Assembly (NCBI RefSeq): GCF_964355755.1
Contig: NC_092678.1
Coordinates: 24,507,365-24,571,364 of the forward strand
Source: Antedon mediterranea
Taxonomy: Eukaryota > Animalia > Echinodermata
Length of the DNA stretch: 64,000 nucleotides
Reading direction: 5' to 3'
Below the pieces are notes generated by a model, which had not been told where the DNA came from, searched no databases, and worked only from the letters and a program-made list of their open reading frames with translations. The translations under genes were made by a program, and so were the position numbers. Shown here piece by piece: positions 26,134 to 36,606 of the stretch (positions are counted from its first letter, which is position 1; every line of letters starts with the position of its first letter).

Positions 26134-26946
26134 TTAGGTGGTCGCAAATCGAAAGTCCTTTATAATATAAATGTGCCTTCCTGCACTTGTTGTATGTGTT
26201 ACGCCACGCCACTTTACGGTTCTACTTATTCTCCCAATATAAAAAAAGAATATACATAAAATATTATGGTTTAGACATAATCCAATTTACACTCGTTGGA
26301 TCTTCATATCTTCTAAGACAGCCAAACTGTCTGGGCAATAATCGAATTTAAAACGTCAGAACATATCGAAAACATTAGCGAAGAATCGAACCGTTTGTGA
26401 TTTACCATCCTGAAATCTCGGTAACTTCAGTCGAAGTGGATATTAATGATAATGTTGTATTTGTAATACCAACAAAGAACGCGCGCGCGATAACTCCAAC
26501 TCTTTCTATTATTGTCATTTCGTGTTGCCATAGGCCTACGTTGTTATAATTTATTTTGTCAGGTTTGTGTTGCCATACATTATTATAATGTATTTTGTCA
26601 TTTACGTGTTGCCATACATTTATATAATGTATTTTGTCAGTTGTGTTCTGTCATGCATCATCTTTGTTAGGCCATGTGTTAATGTTTTATCGTCTTGTAG
26701 TAGTAATTACATTATTACATTTTAAATTTCATCTACCATTTGGTATATTAAATTTGATTGATTTTTTTTAACATTTCTTTTTTCTCTTATCGCATTTCAT
26801 AAACATAATAATATTGGATAACAAATTCGATATAAACGTTAGACGGTTTAGTTTACAATCTGTTATCAGACTCTAGATACTGCCTAAATTAGATAAGACT
26901 ATCGTGACGTATACGAGGTGACGGTAGAAAACGTATGACTCCTATA

Positions 26947-27340
26947 AGCTTGGTTCTCACTTGCGACGCAACGTAACGCAATCTACGCAACGTTAACGCA
27001 ATCTACGCAACGTAAGAAAATGCCCTTCCAATCATTGTGTTTGCCCCCACCTGCGTGAAATCAAACCTGCGATTTTTACAGCAATGGTGCGTAGTCGGTT
27101 CCCACTTGCGATTACGCAATACATCACTTTGCGTCGATACGTCGCTGCGTTACGTTGCGTTGCGTTCTAATGGGAACCTAACAGCTTGGTTCCCACTAGA
27201 ACGTAAAGCAAGGACGTAACGTAACCAATGACAAGCGAAGTTATAGACAGTTAGCAATCACAAGCGAATAAGCCATCGCTTGTGATTGGCCAATTCAGTT
27301 GCGTTGCGTTACGTCCTTGTGTTGCGTCGCTAGTGGGAAC
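26947..27340. mobile_element. Two adjacent MITE family A-related elements (longer variant 26947-27180, standard copy 27183-27340)
   Basis: Both begin AGCTTGGTT(C)CCACT and end TGGGAAC, but their internal sequences differ. Confidence 0.75.
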
Positions 27341-27413
27341 TTCCGGCGGACCCAACAGATTGGCTGCTGTACCTATAGTTTAGTGATAAAAAAAATTGCT
27401 CCTTGTCGTTAAT

Positions 27414-27561
27414 GCTTGGTAATTCCCACTAGAGACGAAACGCAAATACATAACGCAACGTAAATGAGTTGACCAATCATAAGCGATGGATTGTTCGAAC
27501 TCTCGCTTCCCATTGGTCTACACGCTTGCGTTACGTTTACGTCCTTGCGTTGCGTCCTAGT
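27414..27561. mobile_element. MITE family A copy
   Basis: GCTTGGT..TTCCCACTAGAGACG...GTTGACCAATCATAAGCGATGG...GCGTCCTAGT. Confidence 0.75.
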
Positions 27562-28316
27562 AACGTTACACAGACGAGCGGTTACGGTAAGCGGAAACCC
27601 GCGTAGCTTGTCCCACGTAAAACCGCCCGTCCACACCGCGTTGTGTGTAAATGGTCATAAGGAATAACATAAAGTCTATATTCGTATTACCGTTACCCCT
27701 CGTTTGTGAAAATTGGCCTTATGGGTGTATCTAGAATAGCGGTGTCCTAAAAGACAGTTTCTACTTTTTTTGTATGTGTGGTTGGGTTCACAAATCATAA
27801 CATTATTTACCTTCAGATCTGATGATGCAAACTATCGGGTCATTTGGAATTCAGAAACTTGTCGTAAAATGCATTCCTATTATTGATATGCAGCTCAAGT
27901 CAATATATTGTACAGTCCATAAAATTATCTTGTGAGATATTAAGTAAAACTGTGCGTAATTCACAAAATCTGATATACGTGTGTGTTTTTTATAATTCAT
28001 TTTCCACTTTTGTATGTATAATGGAATTTAAGTTACTGTAAATGTTAATTAAGTTTTCACGTGGTCGACTAAGTTCCATTAGCGTCGTCGTTGTCGGTTA
28101 ATTAGATACAGTACGCGCCTTTATTATGGTCATTAGTAAGAAATATATACAATTATTCTGAGATGATAATATTCATCCCATTAGTTAATACCAAGTGTGA
28201 ATAATAATTCGTCATTCGCTATGACCATCACCATGACATATTTAGAACGCGCACGTGCGTCACGTGCGTTTCTCTTAGCAATGTGCACGTTATTACAATT
28301 TTTAAGTTTGTCTTTT

Positions 28317-28617
28317 ACGCAAGGACGCAAGAGCAACGCAAGAGCAAGTTAAAGCGTGGTTGCCACTAGCGACGCAACGCAAGGACGTAACGCAACGCAA
28401 GTGAATTGACCAATCACAAGCGATGGCTTATTCGCTTGTGATTGCTAACTGTCTATAACTTCGCTTGCTATTGGTTAAAACGCTTGCGTTGCGTTTACGT
28501 CCTTGCGTTACGTTCTAGTGGGAACCACGCTTGACCAATGCCAAGCGAGAATTCGAATAACCCATCGTGTGATTGGTCAAATTACTCGCGTTGCGTTCTA
28601 GGGGATTCAAACTTTAA
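28317..28617. mobile_element. MITE family A copy (28353-28531) nested inside an older family A copy
   Basis: The inner copy has both TIRs. The outer copy's GTTGACCAAT motif is split around it. Confidence 0.7.
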
Positions 28618-31523
28618 CCATCCAGGTTCGTCGGCCCTCTGACCCATTCTTGCACCACTGTTTCGATGCAGATATAAATCAAAACTTGTCGAGCTTAATG
28701 ACTATTAGGAAATACCATTTAAAATCAATCCATTGGGGAAACCTTTGTCAGTGGAGTCTGCCCTTTATAATTAACAACACACTGGAATAGTGATTTACAA
28801 AGACAGGCCATTTCCGAAACGTGTGTCAAGGTCCTCTTGGTCAGTGCGTTCTGCCGGCCGGCCAACCGACGAGTGCCCTCATGATGACGTCATGTTGCCC
28901 TTTTATAGTCAAAGCATAAGAACGTATCAATTCGGGATACGAACTCGCCTTCACGATTATGCCTTTCTAATAAATACCAATATCTCGACGCGGAAATTGA
29001 TTAATACCATACCGTATAATTCCTTTGCGCATCCATGCTGAGCGTGCGTAGAAGGTCTTTTCGACGCAACAGGCGCATAACTAGTGCGCATTAGCTAGCT
29101 CTCAGAGGTCTGTATCATCACCGCGTATTCGATGGTTGGATGATGGGATCAGAATAGGAAATTGTAGCCATCATCAAGATGATGACGGTGATGTATGTCG
29201 TATGTCGTATTCTTAGTAACACATCCGCACATTATAACAAAGGCTCTTCTTAATATTGTATGATGATTGACGTCTTCAAAATAAGGTTACGAATGCCTTG
29301 GATGCACTGACTAATTCTGCATTAAAAGTGCAAAATATATCAATACTTGAATGTTCAAATTGAGCGTTGATTAAACCGTGGGGTGATACAGGGATGACAC
29401 CCGGGATATTCAAATAGAACATTGATGGCATATACCATACATACAAACTACCTCAAGGTAAGGCATCATCACACAATGAAAAACGCTCGCTCGTGCGCGG
29501 CGTTGTTGCTATGCCAAAGTGTGCGCCCCTTTTTAGTTGTGTCAATTTTTCCTCGGGACTTAAAAACAATGCATCGATCTCATCTAATAAAGTATTAAGA
29601 TTGTTTAGGAATTGGATTCGACCTGAAGAGCTAATTTTCGTTGAAGAAAATGTGAAACGTATGTTGAGATAGATTATTACTACAGGTATTATTAGTAAAT
29701 AAAAACTATGAAAATGTAATCAGTTTGGAATTGATGCGATTGAACTAAACTGACTCTGATGACATAAAACACAATTAAATGATTAGAAATAGTTATAAGG
29801 CTATTTTAAATGAAAACATTTGCGTATCTTCTATGATGGTGGTCTGATGACGTCATCTTCTATAGAAATTACTAATTAATGTGTTAGCATATTCAGACGG
29901 TTAATCAATATTAATTTTATGTCGTTTAGCAATTCTATTATTAATTAGGCTCTTTTAATTTCTTTTCAGATGCTTTCGTATTCGATTGTATATAACATAC
30001 AGTAAGTGAATTACAGTTAAACCCAATGTGATAATAACGCATCTTTCCCAGCGCATATTCCATTATTCACTGCGCATGTGCAGTGAATAATCACAAACTC
30101 AACAACATTTATTATTTTGATTGTCACACTCGCTGATTCGCATAGTTTGCTGTATGTAGTGAATAGATCATTTTGATATCTGGTCCTCCTCTGACCGCGT
30201 AGTCGTGCGCCGTCGTCGGACGCAATGTAAAATACTTTTCTGCTGTTTCTGATCATGCCCCGATGGAACGCCCAAAGGGTTAGCTGACGCTGTGCAACTA
30301 TTGGTGACGAATTCTTTCTTTGTTGAAACCACCACAGACTATATGTATTCCAAAACGAGTGGAGGGTGCAGCGTTTTCTAATCTGGTTTGAAGGCAATGA
30401 AAGTAAATATTCGCGTTGATAATTTTGAGTTGTGTGATTGGTTTTTGATAATTGATTGTCGCGATAATTGAGGTCGGATTCTAGTGGTGACTAGCAAAAA
30501 CTGAATATACGATTTGGTGTTTTAAAGGGCTGCTCATAGAGACAGAAAGAGAGGGGTTGTTGCTTAAATTCGGTTTAAAAAATACGTCATGACAGGTGGC
30601 GGTTGTACGAGTTGCACCAACCGGAAAGCTAGTTGAAAACTTTAGTTTTGACAGAGCTTAAGCCATTATAAGAGAGTGCCTGGGACGAGTCAACGTCCTT
30701 TGAACACGTTGATTTGAATAAGGGCAGGAAGGTGACTAACTATAGCTAGTTAATACTGGACCTTGTGCTTGCGTGACTAGCCTTTCAATCTAAACCAGTC
30801 TTTGTTTTCTTCACAAATCATTCTGAATTTGGCAAGATCATCAGATCAGATCAACACGTGCGAACACAGTGCATTACTTTAAAAAAAAACTTGTCTCCGA
30901 ATACAACGTGGTTGCACTTTTATTACAGCAAAATAAACATCTTGCAGAATATAAACACATTTTGCAGCTAGAGCCGTATAGTGGTCGTCGATCCATCATT
31001 AGCCTACCGCTGTTGTACTGTTGATAGTTTAGAGAGAAGACGTACATACGGTGTTGCGCGCTGACATCTGACTCATTTCACCCGCCGGTGTAGAACAACA
31101 CAGCAGCAGTACACGATTTATTGTCGATCGTCTGCGCTAATTAGTAATAAGTCCGCCGAAGAAATGACATAAGTCGTCACGTATAGACTGTTGCAAGTTG
31201 AAGTTAGACCAAATTTACAACTCTATAAGAGCGTCCGTATTCTTGTCGTGTGGAATTAATTTCTTCTTTGGAATTTTGTACGTGGAATTTATAAGATTTG
31301 TTTTATGGACTGCGAGAAGAGTTATATAGTCTGCTTACTCAGTAATACTGTTCATCTAACTTTTTTTGCTGTTAATTAACTTGTTTGGACTCCTCATCTT
31401 TTTCTCTTAACTAAGGAATTTCTGTCACAATACATTTTGTTTTATATATGTCATGGTCATATGACGTCATAGAAATCAAACAATAAAAGATTCTATCAAA
31501 CGCGCGGGATTTGTAAGACGAGA

Positions 31524-31572
31524 ATGGCGGCCGCTGACACGCTTATGCCTCTACCCATTGAAGAAATATACG
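31524..31572 (+). CDS. PRKAR2: Candidate alternative first coding exon of PRKAR2 (MAAADTLMPLPIEEIY, phase 1)
   Basis: Strong start context AGAATGG; 16 codons + G, then donor ACG/GTAAGT. The phase matches the exon 2 acceptor at 37094. Confidence 0.55.
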
Positions 31573-33118
31573 GTAAGTTTTATTATTTTTATTAAGATAT
31601 CATATATCCATGGTTACAGAATATATTATACGAACATTCTACAAAATATGTTCCTGTTCAATTTATTGCCTCTTTCGAGGTTTTCAATTAAATATGACGT
31701 CATCAGTTACAGATTTGTTGATGGACACTTGAAATTCCCAGAGGTCATCACACCAATTCAGTTTTTAACAAATTGAGGGCGCGCGTTAATAGTTTCATCG
31801 ATTAACCTGTTTGAGGTTCATTCAAGTACCGGTACTGTATTATTGAATCCCACATGACGTCACACAATGGCGTGCACGCAGGGCGCAATGAATAGGACCA
31901 GACGGATAATCTCGTGCCCTTTACGCACGTGACGTGCCGGTGCGTGTTTGCGTCCAAGCCAAGGATGCATTCGAGATGTCAGGCACCGTTTGAACTCACA
32001 CGTCCCGTAACTGATTTAACATGTAACGTGCTCACTTTCTGATCACGTTATATTTTTGTGTGAAGACGATTTTCAGAGAATCTGGTAATAATATCGATCG
32101 ATTGTTGTATGTGTGTGTTAAGACATTAGTTTGTGGACATTTTGTAGTAAGGTAGTCGTTGCCATGGTGAATGCTAATCACAATTGACGTCATCAAGATT
32201 TTACGCAGCTTTGTTACGGTACTATACGGTTTATAAAAAAATGGAAAGCACCGTTGAAGAAATATTATGACCACAATTTTAAAAATGAAGGTTGTGTTTT
32301 CCATTCTGTACGAGATCATTTCAAAATGATTCTACTGTAGTTCCTGCAGTAACTACATTGTAGGCGTATAATGTATATAAAGTATGATTTCAGTATGGTT
32401 TAAGTATGGTGAATTCAATTAAATATTTGGATAAACAGGTTAAAGAATAAACCAAAGTTACTGCAGTAACTACAGTAATAATTGTTGACATTATATACAG
32501 AACAAACAAAAATCAGTCCTACTTTCTTTGTTAATTATATAAATGGTGTTTATAGACTTATTTATTAAACTAAGAACATTATATTCTTCAAATACTGTTT
32601 AACAATGATGAGACCTTGTACGACGGCGGTCTTTGATGAATCACGCGCGCGTCGTACTCAACATGATGCGTAATCAGACACGACCTAATCAGTCAATTTA
32701 ACTCGTCATCAGCATTTATCTCCTCCTTCGATTTTTACAATTAAGGTTGAAATAATGATTGAATGACCTCCTAACAATTAAACGAGATGTTGCTGAATAA
32801 TTCGATTAATCAGAAATTCGTTTTCTCATTTTTCTCTCGATGTGCTTTTTTGAGTAAATTTATCTTTAAGAAGGTCTATTGTTTCTGCTTTCTCAACAGA
32901 AAATCTGTTTGTAATTTTTCTATTCGTTAAAACGCACGCGACAGCGTTTGACGGTATCGTATGGTTGATGACGCACGCGTGGAGTGAATAGGTTCACTGT
33001 ATAAATGAGATATGCACAGTTTTATTGCGCCATGAAATATAATTTATTGTATTGCTATTGTGACGTCATATTAAATACCGATGTATAGGCCTACATGTAT
33101 ATTTGAAAAAAAGAAAAT

Positions 33119-33257
33119 GCTTGGTTCCCGCTAGAGAACGCAGCAACGCCAAATTTGACCAATCACAAGCGATGGCTTATTTCAACTTTCGCTTGTCATT
33201 TGTCAACTCGCTTGCGTTGCGCTTACGTCGCGCGTTGTGTCCTAGTGGGACAAGGTT
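33119..33257. mobile_element. MITE family A copy
   Basis: GCTTGGTTCCCGCTAG...TTGACCAATCACAAGCGATGG...CCTAGTGGGACAAG. Confidence 0.75.
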
Positions 33258-33504
33258 GTTGGATGACTTGTTGGTTCTATTAAACAAAATACTGTAGCAT
33301 AAAATCAAGTACCTGTATTGAGTTTTACATATCGGTACGTCACATTTATAAGATCCTTTTGTGATTAACAACCAAATCGGAATGAAAGCTGACGAATGAG
33401 TTCGATTAAACAGACAATTTGAGGAGAGCCAAAAGGCAAAAGTCTTTATGAACTACTGCAGATGCCAATTAACTTTTATTAATTAAACAAAAACTCAGAT
33501 TTAT

Positions 33505-33800
33505 AACCATGATGACGTTAGAGACGCGGTTGAATGACGATATAGACGCGGTTGAGGTTTGACTATAGCGACGCGGTAATGACGATAGCCACGCGGTAAT
33601 GACGATAGAGACACGGTGATAACGATAGCAACGTGGTAATAACGATAGTGGCGCGGTAATGACGATTAACGCGGTAATGACGATAGTGACGCGGTAATTA
33701 CGATAGCGACGCGCGGTAATGACGATAGCGACGCGGTAATGGCGATGGCGACACGGTAATGGCGAAAGCGACGCGGTAATGACGATAGCGACGCGGTTGA
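33505..33800. repeat. 21-bp minisatellite (GACGCGGTAATGACGATAGC-like), ~13 copies
   Basis: Direct repetition. It explains ORF 33469-34071. Confidence 0.9.
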
Positions 33801-35439
33801 GGTTAATTACGATAATAGCCGTTATTATTGATGATGAGATTACCATAGTGATGACGACAGACTGAGGATAAATGTGTACATTGCATTTAGCGAAAACAAA
33901 AAACCGTCTGACTATAGAAAATGGCTTGTACGTGAGTTTTGAAATCACTTTCCTAGAAGTGATTGTTTCATGATTGGATCTGGATATAGAGGACTTTAGT
34001 CCTGTGTCTAAGTAAACATAAGTAAACCTAAGTATGAGTATAACAGTGAATTTATAGCCAATTATTATCATATATCAAGGTTTTGATAATTAGATTTTTA
34101 AATGTTTTAGCCAAACTATGGAGGCTACAATACTTTTTGGTTTTTGGTAAAGCACTGTGATTTGTATGGGGCGCCATAAGCAGCAAAGCGACAACAAAGT
34201 ATAATTATATAACTTTAAATTTAACAACCGTATACATGGAGTCATGGATATTTAGGTCAAAAATGTATAACGAAAGCACTGCACTAACGTACAAAGTCAC
34301 TCAGTGCTTATGGATTTCCCCAGATGGGGTAGGTAAGGCTTAATGACACGCGGCAGAAGCGAGATGTTGACTGTGGTAGCCATGTGATTACATACGGGTC
34401 TTACTCATGTGCCTCACTACAGTCCCACTGGTAGGGATTTTGATTTAGCGTTAACCAACATTGGCAAGCCGCCTTACAGAAGCTTCTCACGGGAAACCGA
34501 AAATCCATTATTTTGGCCTAACTTAATGTTAAGGCTTTTCACAGAATCTGTATACTATGGTTCTTATTTATTAAATGGCCCCTCGGGAAATCCGACAAAC
34601 AGCAGAACCTTGGCAAGTGTTGCTTGGCACGCGTTCTTGTCAGATTAATCCTAATAATTGATAATTGCTGTCGAGTTACAGACTTCTGGAACGCATTTAA
34701 GATACATATCAGCATGTTTTTGTACACCACAAAAGGTTACGGAATTGGGTCACTCTGCTGCCTGTGCTGACGCCTCAATTACTCGTCCAACGCGTTTTTG
34801 ACAACTGAGTGCGCTGCAGTGTACTGATTTTATATTACACACACATTGAACTATTGTAAATGCGTCGAAAAAATAGCAAGAAGGTCACTGGAATTCTGTG
34901 AATTAGTTTATAAAACCCAATAATTAAAGTAGTGCATTTTCTCTTCTCTTTGTCTATTAGCGTTATTCGTTTCTGGTCTTAATTTTGTGTTAATTTTTAA
35001 CTCTATAGCTCACTCTGTCGGTCGGTTGGTCGGTCGGTCAGTAAACACTACCGTCAAATTTGCACACACGACTGCAGCCATGTGTCCTTGTTTCTTCTCG
35101 TGTCTTTGTGCACTACTTCAGTTTCTTATCGAAATGAAAGCCATATTCTAATCTTCTCTCGAGAAATAACTTATTGTAACCAAACCTATTTCTAATGGAG
35201 CTCATTTTATATGACTGTGTTAGCGCAAACTTTTAATTATTTTTTTCTTGAATGACGTCACAGTACGTCAGTTAGTAATCATTCTGTAAACCTCATAACG
35301 CTTTGTGAATAATGTTAAAATCGTGGCGGATATGAGATTGGGTGAAAATCCCTGCAAAACAGATCCTTGTCATTAGAGACTATGGCTATAGCCAATGTTG
35401 ATAATCGTTAAACCGCTTCCAATTCCTATAAATCACGCG

Positions 35440-35527
35440 GCGTACGGACGTGTTTTTGACGTAGGTACCGTAACTTGCGCGCGTACGAACGTGTTTATGA
35501 CGTAGGTACCGTAACTTGCGCGCGTAC
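35440..35527. repeat. 41-bp tandem duplication
   Basis: GTAGGTACCGTAACTTGCGCGCG at 35461 and 35502. Confidence 0.85.
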
Positions 35528-35833
35528 TACATTTTAAGAAAAGTGCGGTCTTGCGTCTTTCTATTCAGTAACTGTTTGATAAAGCTGTTTGTGTGTAAAC
35601 ATTATATTGTATTCCTTTTGGACCAGGGTCACTTTATAAGAACGCCAAAGTAGAATAGTAGTAGTAAGCAGTAGTAGTACTTAATAAGTGTATACAATAA
35701 CTAGAAGAAGGCTATTGAAGGCTGAATATAATTTACTAAACAATTCGTGTATCTTTGGAAAACTGTATTTTAGTGTAGTTAATTGTTTTGTGTTGCGTCG
35801 AGGAGAAATTATTTTGATATCTGAGCAATATAA

Positions 35834-35837
35834 ATGG
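35834..35837 (+). CDS. PRKAR2: Candidate start-codon-only alternative first exon of PRKAR2 (ATGG/GTAAGT, phase 1)
   Basis: ATG+G is followed directly by a consensus donor. Splicing to 37094 gives [15 protein letters not shown]. Confidence 0.4.
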
Positions 35838-36089
35838 GTAAGTTTTCATGGTTGGATGACTTAAGCACTCAAGTAGGTATTATTCTTGGTGTGTTGTGGA
35901 TGCAATGAGGTTTGATCGCACCATTTTCACGGTTAAATGTATCTATCGGTTATATCAATCTTGAAATAAATTAAGAAAATATTTTTATTGTTGTTTGAGT
36001 GCTGTGTAGATGGAACGTAGTTAATTAATATTACTGTCTTTAAAAAATAAAGTTAAATTAAAGTTGTGAACGCAAGAAAAAAGAGAATG

Positions 36090-36395
36090 GCGCCATCTAC
36101 AGGATTATTTATGCGATGACGACACACGGTAGTGAAGCAGCATGTAAACTCTACACTGCGGAAATACCGGTTACCAGTAGTTCGCGGAGAAAAGAAGGAT
36201 ACAGGCGGATACGAAAACTTAATGTTTTCGTAGTGAATATTTTTTTGATTTTTATGGATATAACTCAAATGATGCAGTAAAATCTTGTTCATCAATGATA
36301 TAGACATTGCTAGATAAAGTTGCTGTTGTTGTATCTAAAGGTTTGGTTAGTTAATTTAGTAATAAAAGTAGCCCGAAAAGCTAGGCCTAGCCATC
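36090..36395 (+). promoter_or_regulatory. Promoter/5' UTR region of canonical PRKAR2 exon 1
   Basis: CpG-containing region with CTCF/YY1-like GCGCCATCTACAGG (36090) and ETS-like CGGAAAT (~36159); start context ATCATGA. Confidence 0.4.
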
Positions 36396-36606
36396 ATGAA
36401 TTTCGAAATTCCGCCAGGCCTCACCGATTTGTTGCAGGACTTCACGGTCTCTGTGCTGAAGGAGAAACCAGATGACTTGGTAGATTTTGCGGCAGAATAT
36501 TTTAATAAACTTAAGGAAAATAAAGGAAATTTATCTTCAAATAAGCGAGAGGTGGCATTTGAAGACGATGTGCAATCTGATGAAGAATTCGCTGAACCGC
36601 CACCAG
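36396..36606 (+). CDS. PRKAR2: PRKAR2 exon 1 (dimerization/docking domain)
   Basis: [36 protein letters not shown]...EPPP; donor CAG/GTTAGT, phase 1. Confidence 0.95.

Larger units (their letters stand above)
28885..35260. promoter_or_regulatory. Cluster of eight perfect CRE palindromes (TGACGTCA) upstream of PRKAR2
   Basis: Sites at 28885, 29848, 31462, 31695, 31855, 32185, 33061 and 35253. Confidence 0.5.

Noticed and set aside
30017-30397. 126-aa minus-strand ORF
   Set aside because: Non-ATG start, no recognisable motif, no splice signals, and composition unlike a real protein.
33921-33937. ATGGCTTGTAC/GTGAGT as another PRKAR2 first exon
   Set aside because: Phase 2, incompatible with the phase-1 exon 2 acceptor.
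33469-34071. 200-aa minus-strand ORF
   Set aside because: Kept open by the 21-bp minisatellite; low complexity.
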